This document shows positions 40,853 to 56,000 of a DNA stretch of 64,000 bases, piece after piece. Source of the DNA: the human T2T-CHM13v2.0 reference genome, Homo sapiens; the NCBI RefSeq assembly GCF_009914755.1, contig NC_060926.1; one strand, written 5' to 3'. Both the position numbers and the translations under genes were made by a program. Below the pieces are notes generated by a model. The model did no database searches, was not told where the DNA came from, and saw only the letters and a list, made by a program, of their open reading frames with translations. How positions within the stretch are numbered: the first letter of the stretch is position 1; the number at the start of each line of letters is the position of its first letter.

Positions 40853-40880
40853 GGAAGGAAGGAAGGAAGGAAGGAAGGAA
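40853..40880. repeat. (GGAA)7 microsatellite
   Basis: Direct reading. Confidence 0.95.
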
Positions 40881-42654
40881 CTACTTAGTTCTCTTAATCT
40901 AGCATTTTATTTCTGCAAAACAAACATGTTTCTTTTATTATTGTCTTTTGCTTTTGTGTTAACACAGAGTAGTGAAACAAACTAGAAACCTGTGAACTAA
41001 ACATAAACTGTATATTGTCTGATTTTCTTTGCAAGGTATTTGAATAATGCTGATATGTTTATGGTCCTGTTAAGTAGTGAATTGAACCATCTGGCTATAA
41101 TTTATTAGGGAAACCATTGTAAGTGTTTGGTTGATGATTTGATTGGCCATATGACATTTTAAGAAGTTTTGTTTTGTTTTCTTTCTTTCTTTATTTTATT
41201 TTTTGATTAGAGAGAGTCCACAGAGGAGTAGTATAAACTTTTCAACGTAAAGGTTACTTATGAGCTGACAAAAACCAATGCTAGCTGTGCCAAGATCTAA
41301 CACAAACAGAAATTCCTACAATCAGAGGAAAGGGTAGAGGCTGTGTTTGTTTAAAAAGCTGATTATACACACATGTAATTGGTGTGTACTTTAAAGTAAT
41401 GAGTTACATATTGACTGTCAACTTATCCAAATATGGAGAGATTCTCCAATCTTAATCTATCTTGACATTTAGGCTTAGTTTGGAACTGCTAGGAAATTGC
41501 AAAATTGATAATTTTTTATTGTTGCCTGAAAGCATATCTGATGTACTACAGAAATTGGCACCACCTGGTAAAGCAGGCCCAAGATTTAAAATGTTTCTTT
41601 TCTGTTCTTAATCATTTATTATGTCTGCATTAACCCAAAGAACCCAATGGTATTAAACACTAAAAAATAAAAATAAAAAATTAATTCCCTCAGTCAAAGA
41701 CAGGTTTTCAAATTGTTAACTGTTTAAATTTATATGGTAAAAACATCTAGATATCTGATTTTAAAACATTTCCAACTTTGTATTTGTGGTAGGGAAATAG
41801 TGTTTTTTTAAGTCCCAGAATTGTAAAGGACTTATGCTTTAGACCTGCTGAAAGAGATTTTGCCCTATAATAGATGCCAAGAACAAATATCAAATTCAGT
41901 TAATTTTAATATTTTGGAAAATTTCAATTGTCTTTGAAAACCATGTTCATAATATAATGCTGAGCAAAATAAGCAAGATGTAAAACAGTATGTCCAATTT
42001 CATTTCATTTTTAACAGAAGTCTGTCTCTCTATGCATACACATATATACTATTAAAATTATGTGAATTTTTAAACCAAATTTGGAACAGTTTTTTCATGG
42101 AGTGGGATTATGTGGGGCTTATATTTGTATTTTATGTATTTATTTTTTTACAAGGGCATTTTATTTTTCAAATAGGAAAAGCAAATATATTCCCAGTTTA
42201 GAAATATTAGATAAGTTGCTAATGTGTACTGCAAGAATTCTTTACCCAACTGGGAATCCCCATGAAGGCTCCCAGAATTGGAAATCTTTGCTTATTTGTG
42301 TTTTATCTGATCTTAGAACACTGTAGTCTACGTACTTACTAACTTTTGAGTCAGTTTTAAGAGTTGAGACATAATCCTGATTCTCCTGAATGGAATGTTA
42401 GATATTATTCAATATAAATTACTTTGATTTGGGCTAAGCATATTTAAGAACTATTTTTTCTGAACTTTGTCATCATGTTTTTATCCTGGTAAACATGGAC
42501 AACAAAGAGCAAACAATCCTAAGACAAGTTTTATTTCATATATATTCTAGGCCAGGAAGAGCAAAATAAACCTAAGATATAGCTGTAGGTAAATTAGTGA
42601 GGCATCATCAACATCATACAGAATAAAAATTGTTAAAATGTGTCAATATCAATA

Positions 42655-42885
42655 GTAATTAACATATCACTTATTGAGCATTTATTATGTGCTAGACAGC
42701 TTGCATCCTTTATCTCATTCAATTCCACAACAATAGTTTGGTAGGCATTATATTTTTCAATTTTCAGATAAGAAAACAAACTTAGAGAGTCTGTCACTGC
42801 CTGTGGTCATATGGCTAGTGCGTGGAAAGTGGGGCACCAAGCTTAAGTCTCCCTGACTTCAAGCCCAGGATCCCTGCACTGTGAC
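42655..42885 (-). mobile_element. MIR
   Basis: TTATTGAGCATTTATTATGTGCTAG...TCTCATTCAATTCCACAAC...TTTTCAGATAAGAAAAC. Confidence 0.75.
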
Positions 42886-43243
42886 AGCACTTGCTCTAGA
42901 ATCTGGGTAGAAGATCCAAAATAAAGTATAGATGAATACATTTTTTCTAATTCTAACTTATCACTAAGTATTATATGTGAAATGAATATGTTGTTATCTT
43001 TTCAAAAAGTTATTTTTGATTATTTGCTTTGCTACGAATTTCAGAGAGTGACAAGCTTTACAGAGTGGATAACATCTCAGAGTTTCAGGAGGACAGCCTC
43101 ATGGTGCTGGTCCACTCCTCTTGAGAGCTCTCACATCCCTGAACGACTATCTTGTTCATTTTTACATCAAATTAACGAATATTCACTAGGACATGAATAA
43201 GTATAGTATTAATCAATTTCCTATGTTTAAGAAAGCTTTTTAA

Positions 43244-43558
<315 letters not shown>

Positions 43559-45047
43559 TAATAGAAACCCAAAATTGTAATTCCTTATATGCTAAAATGT
43601 GGGCACATGCTGGACAAACACCACTGCACTTTCTCGAGGTTTTCAGGGAAAGGCGGCAGCTTATAATTAAGATCAGCACAAAACTAGATTAGATTGCAAT
43701 TATATTTATTTGGAGAGTGAAGCAAAGTATTAAAAATATTCTTTACCATTTTACTGAAGAGAAAGCTAATACGATTTGGTCACTGAGATTTTTTTTTTTT
43801 TTCATTTTTGAGATACTAACATAACAACCCAAAGATCAGAGTTTTAAGAATATACCAGAACTTCAGCTTCTTTTTCTCTACAAAAGACAGTAAACAATTT
43901 GCTGCCTGCATTCAGGCATTCACCAACTTGGTAGTGTGGCTGAGCAACACCACGGTACCTGGTACAATCTTGTGTTGATATGTGGGCACCAAGAGGTGGG
44001 ATTGCAGTGGATACTGACTGACTTACCTTCCAGAGGGCCATTTAAAATAGAGGCTGCATCAAATCAAGTGTAATACAGCCAGGAAGAAATTAGTTCTGAG
44101 TGCTTAGAGAAAAGTATAGCAGCTCTACTAGAGCCTTGGGCCTGAAGTCTGAGGATAGTAAGTGGGTACATCATTATTATACTGAAGAGTATTAGCCTCA
44201 TTTGCCACTCTATCCTCAGCACTTGGCATAGCACCCAGCATAGGGCAGGCACTCATTTGTAAAAACAAAAGAATAAATAAACAAATAAATGAGTTTAATG
44301 CATGTCTTTATTTAAATTTTGCTCCCAAGAATAGGACCTTGAGATTCTACCCTTTTGAGGAAAGGTATGGAAAAATAAGTAGGTGTGGATTTCAGAGAAA
44401 AGATCATATGTTCTGTGAAAGTTAACATAATCAAATTTTGGAATAAAGATGTTTAAAAACTCTCCTAAAAGAAACACAATACTATTTCCTGGCATTACCA
44501 AGAATTCTGTATATGGGAACACTGACAAATTTTCATCAGACTTGTCCTAAGTGTAATCCCGCATGGAATTGAAAACCCAGTCTGCATTCATAGCCACCCC
44601 TTGTTCTTCAGCTGCGACAGGAAGCAGCTTGAAGCGGTGTTGATTCTCCACTCGCAGAGCACTTTGGAGAGCTTAAGGCATCCTGTCTCTTTTCTCCAGG
44701 TGTCTCCTGGTCCCTTCAACCACTCCTAAAATGGAATAGCTTCTGCTTCCGATGGACAAGCTTCTCCCATCCTGCTTGTCATCTTCAGGGTACACTCCAG
44801 GTTGCCAATGTCCTTGAAAGTTGCACCCACAGCCGAAGATGCCAGCACGCCACATACAGAGTTCTATCTCTCTTCATTTGGTCCAGCCCTTTCCCTTCCC
44901 ATGGGGCTGTTATTTTCTCTGCCATGAAGACTTTCCTCCTCAGCCTTTAGTGATTATCATCCTCACACTGTGGATTAATTCAGATCCTCTCAAATACCCC
45001 ATGGCTCCCTGCACTTATCCTTTGATCATATTATCATAGAAAATTCA

Positions 45048-45345
45048 GGCCAGGCACAGTGGCTCACACCTGTAATCCTAGCACTTTGGGAGGCCAAGGC
45101 AGGCAGATCACCTGAGGTCAGGAGTTCCAGATCAGCCTGGCCAACATGGTGAAACCCCGTCTGTACTAAAAATACAAAAATTAGCTGGGCTTGGTGGCAT
45201 GTGCCTGTAATCTCAGCTACCTGGGAGGCTGAGGCTGGAGAATTGCTGAAACCCAGGAGGCGAGGCTGCAGTGAGCTGAGATCACACCACTGCTCTCCAG
45301 CCCAGGTGACAGAGTGAGACTCTGTCTCAAAAAAAAAAAAAAAAA
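45048..45345 (+). mobile_element. AluSx-like, inside an L2 remnant
   Basis: Full dimer, A-tail, TSD AGAAAATT(C/T)A. Confidence 0.93.
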
Positions 45346-45839
45346 GAAAATTTATTTATTTGTGTTTGTGATTATTTGATTAGTACACATTTCTCACACT
45401 AGACAGTAAAACACAGGAGGGAAAGGATCATGTTGGATTTTGTTCATATTTTTAAAAATCTCTTGTGGCTAGCATAGTGCCTGACACAAAGGCAATAAAA
45501 CAGTCACTATACATTAGTTTCAGACTCTGGTGATTAAACTTTTGACACTGCAGCGTAAGATGAAATTTTCTTTGCTTTTCTTTATGTATTGTTGATTTAT
45601 TTTTAGTATAAGATCTCTTAAACATCACTGATACTTTCACAATATTATTTTTGGTAACTAAAATCACTCAGCTCTTACATGGTAAACCAGGATCCAAACT
45701 AGGGTCTGTGAAGTTCTAAATCTCATGTTTTCAACACTGTTCAAACAAAGATTTTCAGCTTCTGAGAAGAACAGAGGTGGACGAATGCAGGTACTTGATA
45801 GAATTTGAATCTGAATTACAGTGCTACTGATAGGTCTGT

Positions 45840-46035
45840 TAATCACGCACGTGCACATGCCACGCAAAAGTCAAACGCAGGGACCTAAACACGCCTGTGG
45901 TGTGTTCTCAGCTGAGCTCCAAGGCCCTGATGAGTTGTAAATGTTTACAGACTCCTCAGCTGGGTGGTCCTGGAGGCAGCTTATCACATGCCCTGAGGCC
46001 CGAGTGGGTTAGGGGAGAGAGCACAAAACGTGACA
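45840..46035. promoter_or_regulatory. Candidate enhancer core (XRE/E-box/RUNX/forkhead/GATA cluster)
   Basis: CACGC x3, CACGTG, TGTGGT, TGTAAATGTTTACA, CTTATCA, CAGCTG x2 and ACGTG within 200 bp of unique, CpG-retaining sequence. Confidence 0.5.
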
Positions 46036-47452
46036 GCTTTGCCCTCACAGTCTCAGCTACCCTGGGAAAGAGTTTGGCAGGGGAATCATCATGCAGGCTC
46101 CATTTTTATACCACTGCACTGAAGTATAAGTATATTTTTTGTCACACTCTGCTAACTGCCTGCTCATAGATATTCAAATTTAGTAGATGTAGATAGACTC
46201 CTAACTTCTCATGGTTTAAAATGTTTAAACAACTATATTTATTTTGTACTTGCCTAATCTTTTCTAGTCCCCCTGGATTGGTATATGTTTCACCTGCTTA
46301 AATGAGACTGTTCTCTGGCTTAAGATTTATTTAGGTAGTGAGGGCTACTTTTGGTTGAAAGCTAGAACAGGTTTTGCACTTTAATGAACCTAAAGCAGAT
46401 CTATGCTGTTTACATTCAGGCAAGGGGACTTCTCCTTTATTATTTATTTTAGATAGAATATTTGCCAACTGAAGATGTGTGGCCCCTTCCCACCCCAAAG
46501 AAGACAGTACCCATGGTTGAATTCCCAGATGGAAATGATTTATGACTAGGGATCCCATAGCCTTGGTTCCCCTTGTCTGCTGCTTATGAAGCAAGATAAA
46601 CATGCTGCCTCCTCCTGGTGCAGCTCTTGAAATGTTTTGACTTCCTGTCACTGGAGAGGTGTTGACATGCTCAGGGGAATGTTGGTGGAACTCACTCTGC
46701 ATTCCAATGTGTCATGAATTTAAGGATTATGGTTAGACCACGTCGAAGTCATCACACAGTAGTTACAGCTAATGTCTAGTACTGGTTGGCCCTGGAAACA
46801 AAGAAGAGCTTGGAAAAAAAGCAGTTTACAATGCAGAAGGTAGACGGAGCTGTGCTTATTGGATTGGTGGGAAATCAAATGCAGGAAACATGGTGTATTA
46901 CTTGTTTATTTGGTGTAATGAAGACTACAGTGTCAGCCTCTACAACTACAGTGTGATCTGCTTCAGGGCAGGGTGTGTCTTCATCACTTTCACCTGGCCC
47001 TGGGGAGGCACTCAATAAATATTTGGAGGTGAATGAATTAATTAGAGTGGGAGATCTACCACGCTTGTGTCTGGTTCCTTACAGGGTAAAGACCCTGAGT
47101 TAAAGGCCAATGAAGTGACTAAATAAAGAAGATGGTAATCCAGCAAGCAGATTCTAATGCAGCCTTTTACAATAAATAACACCCCCATGCAGCTTTTATA
47201 TAGAGATATAGACAGCTATAGATGAATGGATAGATAGATCAAAACATAAATGTAGAAGAAAAAAGTGAAATTTCATGTCATTGTCAATTTGGATAACTTA
47301 AATAAACCTCGGTGTATTGCACCTAAACAAAACATAATGAGAGTTAGAGAAAATCTTCTATCCAGGGGTGGGGATGGGATTCTCTGAAGACTGCAGAGTC
47401 AGCTGGGGACAAGTTTGAGGGGGTGGAAGCCACCTGAAAAAATGAAGTCAGA

Positions 47453-47818
<366 letters not shown>

Positions 47819-48229
47819 TCAAGTCTATACCCATCATACACTAGACAGCACTCCCTCGAGATTCCAGGTGAAGACTCTGAGGCTGAAGCTTGTGTTTGTT
47901 CCTGAAGAATCGCTGGGATGCTTGCATGGCTGACACGGGACCAGACAGGGAAGGAAGGAGATGGATCTAAGAGCCCTGTGTCTTTGGGGACCTGGGGGTG
48001 GTACGTATCCCACAGAGCCTTCAGGGAAATTGTACAAATTCTGGCTTTTATGTTGAGTTAAAGGAGCTATAGGGCAGTTGAGCAAAAGACATCCATGTCT
48101 TAATTGTCAAAGGATTTCTCTGGCTGTTCTGCTGTGTGGATGGTCTGGGAACAAGGGCAGAGCAGGGGCATCAGCTGGCAGCTCCTGCAACAATCCCCAG
48201 GTAGGACATAATGGAGATATCTTTTATTG

Positions 48230-49064
48230 TCTATTTAACATTATTTGAAGAAAAATGAAAATTTTAAATTATTATCATGATTTTACTGTTTATCTTTATA
48301 TTGTGCAATACCAGATTAAAATACAAATATAAGAAATTTAACTCATATGTGGAATAATCAAAATTAAATCATTCATATTAATAGCTTATATAAACATACA
48401 TATTTCAATCTTAGTAGAACAGTGGAAATGCTGCACAAAAATGAACTCAATGGTTTTAATTTCACTTTAATACACGCTCGCCCTACCAGCCCTCTCTACC
48501 TTCAGTTTACTGATGGGTAAGGAAGTACTAAAAGGAAAAGGCACTATGGGTTACTCTGTCTTTCCTTCTGTATGTGTCATTTTCTGCATAAGTGTTGACT
48601 AGTACAGGGAAGTAACACAAGTAAGACAGTCTATGATAGGATTCCTTGGTCATTGATATTTCTTAGAACACCACTGCCTCTGTCTGCCTTTGAAGCAAAT
48701 TCTGGTTCAGACAGAAAGCACGAACCCTGGGCCTGTCATTTCCTGGCTTACTCAGCCAAGGACATAACAGACCAAACTTGTACTGATGTTGAACCTTGCA
48801 GGCATCACGGGTCTGCTGGGATTCTGTACTCATGGGGTCTCAGCCACCTTGTGTGACAGGGCTGGTGGCAGACACTCATATTGTCTGTGTCTCTTCTGTT
48901 CATGCACACACTCCATGTCCCACTGAACTACAAGTATATGGAGCAAATGTAAAGATAAAAGTATTAAGAGTCTTGAGACAGAAATAGGAGAGCACTAAAC
49001 CAAGTACGGGCCTTTCTAAGTCCAGGTCCCATCATACAAGTTGCCTGCTCATGAAGCTGGCCCT
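48230..49064 (-). mobile_element. MER45B/MER45R-like hAT-Tip100 DNA transposon remnant
   Basis: Reverse complement begins AGGGCCAGCTTCATG...AGAAAGGCCCGTACTTGGTTTAGTGCTCT, as in the MER45 terminus; left boundary approximate. Confidence 0.65.
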
Positions 49065-49332
49065 ATGATGGTTAGTTTCATAATTCCGGAATTCAGGACA
49101 GAGGTCCAAGCTACACATCTTTATTTACAACTTTATTTCACCAGACTCAAACTGAAATTTAATGTTTCCTTTGATTATGTATATAGGCAACAAACTAAAA
49201 TAGTATTAGTACTACCTATAAGCTTGTCACCAGTAAAAATCACATATGTGATTTTCACATCACAGAATACAATTATTGTAGATATATTAAAATAAAATTG
49301 ATGTTTATCATTACCTTAACATTATGATAATT

Positions 49333-49630
49333 GGCTGGGGGCAGTGGCTCACGCCTGTAATCCCAGCACTTTGGGAGGCCGAGGCAGGCGGATCGTGAGG
49401 TCAGGAGTTTGACACCAGCCTGGCCAACATAGTGAAACCCCATCTCTACTAAAAATACAAAAATTTAGCTGGGTGTGGTGGTGGGCACCTGTAATCCCAG
49501 CTACTTGGGAGGCTTAGGCAGGAAAATCGTTTGAAAAAAAACCGGAAACAGAGATTGAAGTGAGCTGAGATCTCGCCACTGCACTCCAGCCCAGATGACA
49601 GTGCGAGACTCCATCTAAAAAAAAAAAAAA
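49333..49630 (+). mobile_element. AluSg-like, inside a hAT-Charlie-type remnant (~49170-49860)
   Basis: Full dimer; TSD ATGATAATT; flank has TTCTGAGAAGGAGTCTGTAAGCTTTGCTGGACTGC. Confidence 0.88.
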
Positions 49631-50598
49631 TGATAATTTTGAGGTTCCCACACTAGCTCTTGCTATCTACTGTATTAGTATAAATATACAAATTTATTAC
49701 CATGTCACAAATTTGTATTTTTAAAATATTTTGATAACTTTATTTTAATATAATACTTTATCTTTGTAATTTTATTTATTTTATTTTAAACAGTTAAAAG
49801 TTCTGTTTTCTGAGAAGGAGTCTGTAAGCTTTGCTGGACTGCAAAGTTGTCTAGGAAACCCCTATGTTACAGTGAAAAGGTGAGGGGAGCATTCAGAGAG
49901 CAGGTTGAGAAGGTGAAGTGTTTTGCTGGTGATGCTCTTTGAGTTCCAGGCAGCAGAGTGGAAGGTATCAGAAGCTGGGGAGGATTGGGCAATAGAACCA
50001 GAAGAGAGGGTTACACTGTAATCTGGGTGATGAGGTGATGAGGACCTCTTGCAGTGACTGTTAAGATTAGGTTTGATATGATTGGCAGATAGTGGTGAGA
50101 GACTGAAAATGTTGGGAAGGGAGGTCCTTACCTGGATCCAACAAAATCCTGGGGTCTCTCTTCACTCCTCCTACAAGTGAGTGGAGACTGATGAAGGTGG
50201 ACTTCTTATTTTCAAAGAACAGGATCCCTGGACTCCCTGTTGAGTCTTGCTCATGGGGGTCAAAAACCATGAAAACATCATGTAATCTCTATGTAAAATG
50301 CACAGTATAAATAATATAATTTCGGTTAACGAATATACACAAACAGACACACACACACACTATCTTTCTCTCTCTGATTTAAATAAAATTATCCAAATTT
50401 AATAGCTATTTTAACATGAATAATGTATTTTATCTTCTTCTTTATGGTTTTTTCTTTATTGAATGTTAAATTTACAAGAAGAAACAGAAATGAATTTTTT
50501 TCTAGTTTAATTTGTATATCCTTGGAATTCCTTTGTTTTTCTACTTTTGTGGTTGTGTTTCTTTCATGTTTGAGCTTTCCTTAAAGAGTCTAGTCGTC

Positions 50599-50971
<373 letters not shown>

Positions 50972-52344
50972 TCATATTGTGAGGTTTTCTTGAATATATG
51001 TACAAAGGATACACAAAATCCAATTCCATCCATTGGAAAATGGCTTCTGATTATTAACTAATGGTTTTCTTGCAAAGAAGCTACTTTATTTCTGTTTTTC
51101 TCATGATGTGGTCATCATCAACTTGATCCTCCATGTCCAGGCAGAATTCTTCTTTAGCCAATTGGCTTATTCGTTGTTTTACTGCAAAGAAACATGATGT
51201 AGAAGAATTTGTTAGAGGAGGAAGGCAAAGATTTCTGAACTTCTGAAATCTTAAACTTCAGTTCATTTTACCTTCCCGAAGCTTTTGGTTTATATGACTG
51301 CTTTTAGATGTGAATTTTCATGGTTCACATAAGCTGAATGGAGCCCTCTGGTAGTAGAATTCTCTTTCTCTTTCTTGCCCTTACCTTCTACTGTGATGTT
51401 ACCATTTCCAAAATTTGCTACAGTGAAAATTAATTCAAAGTTGAGATGTGATTTCAAGTCTTGAAGTATCTGGCAAGTCAGGCTGCTAGAAATAACCTTT
51501 ACTTATTTCTAACACCATAATTAGGAAGGATATTTCAGCTTCGGGTAGAGTGGTCTTTTTTTCTATTACTTATCTCACCTGTTAGGATTCACAGCATTTT
51601 AGGCTTGAATCAGAACTCAGATATTGTCTAGTTCATAATTCTTAAACAGTATAACTATGAATTAGCAATGAACGTATTTTTGAAACTTCTTCAAGAGATT
51701 CAAGCAAGCACCCAGGTTTGAGAGCCATTGACACAAGGCAATCCTGCCACTCACAGGTGAAGCTGCTAAGACATCAGATCAGTTGGGGCTGAGAGTCACT
51801 GCATACTGGCTGATGTGCCATGGGCGCTGCTGGTTGTTATGACCACCATCTTTTCTCCTTGGCCAGTGACCATCCTTGTGTCCATAATGATGGTTAGTGT
51901 CCATGATAAAAATTTCAAATACAATTATATTTTGCAGCTAATGAGTAGTAACATTGAATTAGCACTCAGAATCTTCCTGCCATGAAGTCTGTTGTGTTCT
52001 CTACATTTTCTGACACCCGCTTTTTGTGTAAAGTTTTGTTTATTACCTGATGAATAGAACAAAACTTGTTCGTGCCCATTAAACAGGTAATTCATGTTTT
52101 CGAAAGATAAGCATTATCTCTCCTTTATCATTCCCAATAATTCAACTCTGGAGTCCTGATCAGTGTGGCTTACAAACTGGAAGACAAAAACATTTCGAAA
52201 AAACCTAATAGCTAAGTTAGTTTTTTAAGCTATTATTATTGTTAAAATAATAATAGTGAACTATTATTTTTAGTTCACTTGAAAAAAATCACTTGGGCAT
52301 TGTAGAGACACAGCACTGTGCCAACAAAAAGCTGATTACTAAAG

Positions 52345-52462
52345 GTAGGATGACCATATATCCTGGTTTGTCCAGAAAAAATGTCTGAGTGTAATTATCA
52401 GTAGGACCCTCTTTCAGTCTCAGAAGTCTCCAGATTTGGATAATAAATCATTTGATCACACT
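52345..52462. mobile_element. MER94-like hAT-Blackjack MITE
   Basis: TAGGATGACCATATATCCTGGTTTGTCC ... TTTGATCACACTA terminal inverted repeats. Confidence 0.7.
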
Positions 52463-52789
52463 ATTAATGGGATATTTGAATATTTCAAAGAATTCAGCAC
52501 AGTTGACAGGTCTAGGCATATAAGACTCTCAGGCAGCCTGAAGATTAGCCATGAGGTGAGCCAGGTGGTGGCAGCTTCACCCTGTCGATGCCAGAACTCA
52601 TTCTGACATCAGGACTGGGCAGACGGGCTTCCTCAGGCTGCTTGTTCCATGAGAATTCTCCTGGAATGATGTGCTTGGATGAAAAAGACAATTTCCTGAG
52701 GTAGGGGGAATGCTTTTCTGTTCAGTAGAGCTACAACACTCGAGCTAGACTCCCGAAATAAGTGCTTGTTGTATTCCTCCAGAATAAAT

Positions 52790-53000
52790 AGTAACTGATA
52801 TTGATAGCTCACATTTATTCGCACTTGTCGCAGGTCACTCAGTGAGTACTCTACATACGTGGCTTTATTCAACCCTGACAGCAATCCTGAGGTAGATTCT
52901 TTTATAGTTCCCATTTCACATGTGAGGAAATGAGGCTCAGAGAAGTAACTTGCCTTGAGTCACAGAGCTGGCAAGCGATAGAGTTGAGATTTGAAGAGAC
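52790..53000 (-). mobile_element. MIR
   Basis: CCCATTTCACATGTGAGGAAATGAGGCTCAGAGAAGTAACTTGCC core. Confidence 0.8.
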
Positions 53001-56000
53001 AGAGACAGTTGGAAAATTGGGTAGGTCACAGGAATTAAAGTTGAACAACTAAGCATCAGAAAGAACAGAAATCAGGGCACTGTTGGGGATCTCAACGTTT
53101 ATTCAATGAACATTTGTGTGGTTTTTACTATGTTCCAGAAGTTCTGCTAGGTTCTAGGGCTGTGTCTAAGGAAGGCACAGTCTCTGCAGTCGAGGGGGCT
53201 CTGTGAACAGCCAGCCATAGAAACAATCACAGAGGAGGGTAGTGAGTGCTGAGAAAGGTTATCGCAGAGGGAAGGCGACACATCCTCCAAGGAGGGGGAG
53301 CAGTGAGGAGGCTGTCATGGAAGGTTACCTGGAGGAGTCCCTGTGTCAGCAGAGTGAGGACAATCAGTAGAAGTTAACCAGTAGAAAAGAGAAGGAAGCA
53401 CATTCAATAACCCAGGACCATCAGAATCTAGAGGTATAAGAGGGCCAGGCTCTGAGGAGAGCTGCTGCAGAGAAGTGTGCCTGCATCAGACGGTGGTAAG
53501 GGGGGCAATGTATCAGACAGCGTGTGCCCACTGCACCACTGCATGCTCATGTTTGCAATGCCCACACCTAGAACACTGTGTGGTGTTTATCAGTATTTCA
53601 AGGAAAGTTTGATGAATGAATGAATGAATGAATGAACTACTGAAATGATAATTGAATACATTTTCAGAAACTGTGCTCAAATCTTGGATCATAAGCCTCC
53701 AAACTTGAAAGGTGCATAAACTAAGAGAGAACACTTGGTCAGGGCAAAGACAATGCAAAAAACACTTTACATGGTTAGGAGCCTGCTGTAGTCAGGCTTC
53801 ATTTTAAAAAATTACTTCTGCCAAATCTCTGCCAGTTTTATAAAAATTTCTCTAAAACTCCTCTAAAATACCTGATAATAGAGAATTCCAGAATGAGGAG
53901 AGAGATAATTATTTTCTTTTTCTCCATATTCTCTGCTCCTAAAAATAGACAAGTCTCCTGTTGGATCCTCTTGTTGGCCTTTGCACATCCACTAGTGGTT
54001 TAGTTTGTGTTTTGGACAAGATGCTGTTCCTCCCTTATGTGAACCTGAGCCAGTTTCTAACTGTCTCTCCCCCTATATTCCTCACTGGTGTAAGAAACAG
54101 GGTTGTGGTGCAAATGAAATAAGGCTTGGGATTCAAACTGTTCAGCATGATGATTGGTGCATAGCAGGCATCTTTCAGTCTTAGCTATTGATGGATCATC
54201 TCTGCTTTCAACATTCTTGTTTTTGTTATGATTACTTAAAAAGTATTAGTTCATTATTTCAGTGAATTAATACACTTAACATTGATCAGGGCACTAGAAG
54301 ATTCAAACTAAATGACAATCTATTTCTATTAGTCTCTCTTAAGTGATTTACTATGTGCAAATTGCTGAGAGTATTAATTTTATGTCAGTGCATTTATATT
54401 GCTGATTATTTTGGAAAGCAGACATTTGATTGTCTTTATTTGCTCTTTTATTGCATCCACTTTCTTTAAACTCAATGATAGTTGGAAATAGAAAATTATG
54501 GAGAAGAATCATCAGAATCTTCACCCCAGGACTTAATTCCAATCCATTCAAAAATAAATGTCAAATTATTTAATGGATTTAAATGTTGAAGCCCTAAATC
54601 AACTACTGCCCTATGATGGTTGAGGGTTCTGTAAACAAACCCATGACATCCTTGACATTTCAGAAGACAGATAACCCCATCTTTTTCTCAGGGAGGAAAA
54701 CTTTTACACCAACGGCTCCTAATAACTAAATGGAAGACCTAACCATGTTAGGACGCTCCGAAATTCAGAATCTATGGATTATTTCTGGAAAATCCACCTG
54801 CTTATGGCCCATGAACTACATAGAAATCCCCTGCCCCCATTTGTATATAGAAATGTGCTGCTAATAAGAAGAGAAAGAGCTAGATCTTTCCTGATGAGTG
54901 TTCCCCACACAAGGGCCTTTAGTGGTCAAAATTAGGGCTTTTATAGCTGCAGTGGCAGAAAATGCATACAAATAACACATTTGTCACCTAGATGGTCAAT
55001 TAAATACTCACATGAGGTCAGTGCAAAACTGTTTACCAAACAGCACCAATTGCAACTTGTGAGACCTGAGACTACAGGACTCAGTGATATTTTAGGGATT
55101 AAATTATAATCAATACATGCATTTCTTAAGTTTTGCACCCCCTTGAATGTCAACTACATATGTTTTTAATTCCACAAATATTTGATGTCACTGACTGCGC
55201 TAAGAGAACAAGAAGATGAAGGAAATGCATAAAGTATTAATTGAACTGAGCCTTAAAAATAGCTACAAAATACATATTAGTTCAAACACTCATTAAAATG
55301 AGAAGAGTTAAATTCAGAGAACGACATTTCCCAGTTATGATCACACTCCCCAGTGCAAGGTGTTCTATAGCAATGTTTGCCTAACGGCATTTGGTTGATA
55401 TCTGAGCACTAGCCCATAAGAATGTTACTATTGTCACTTCTAAAAGGTAAGCTTTAAAATAAAGGATTGGCAGGATAATGCCTTGAGATGCCTTCAGTTT
55501 CATGACTCAGGACAATACATATCTACCTGAAGAGACAGCCTGCCTGAGGCTGTGAGGGCTTCAAAGGCCCTAAGACCGTCAGAGCCACAGGACACAGAGA
55601 CAGCATGAGGTCAAAGGCTGACCCAGGGTGAGTGGTGACTGTATAGAAAGAGTTTAACACTGGCCCAGAACAGTGTGAAGAGAAGTTTATTAGCCCTAAA
55701 AAGAAGAAGATCCAGGTGGCGCTCCTCTAGAGCACAGGTAATTTTAGTCTGAAACTAAGGGAGAATCATGTTAAAATAAGCAAGAGAAATGTGTTGGGCA
55801 ATGTTCATGACTGCAATGCATGAGTAAGGATCTTGGCACACAAGTTAAACTCCCTTATTTTGTTTTGAGCAGAAACATCATTTAGCAAGTGCCAACTCTG
55901 ACAGTTTTCTTTGAAGAATGTCCTGGAACGTCCCATGCTAGTTACCATAATGACTGAAATAGGATACCACAAAATTAAGCAATGAGAGAGGAGGGGATAT

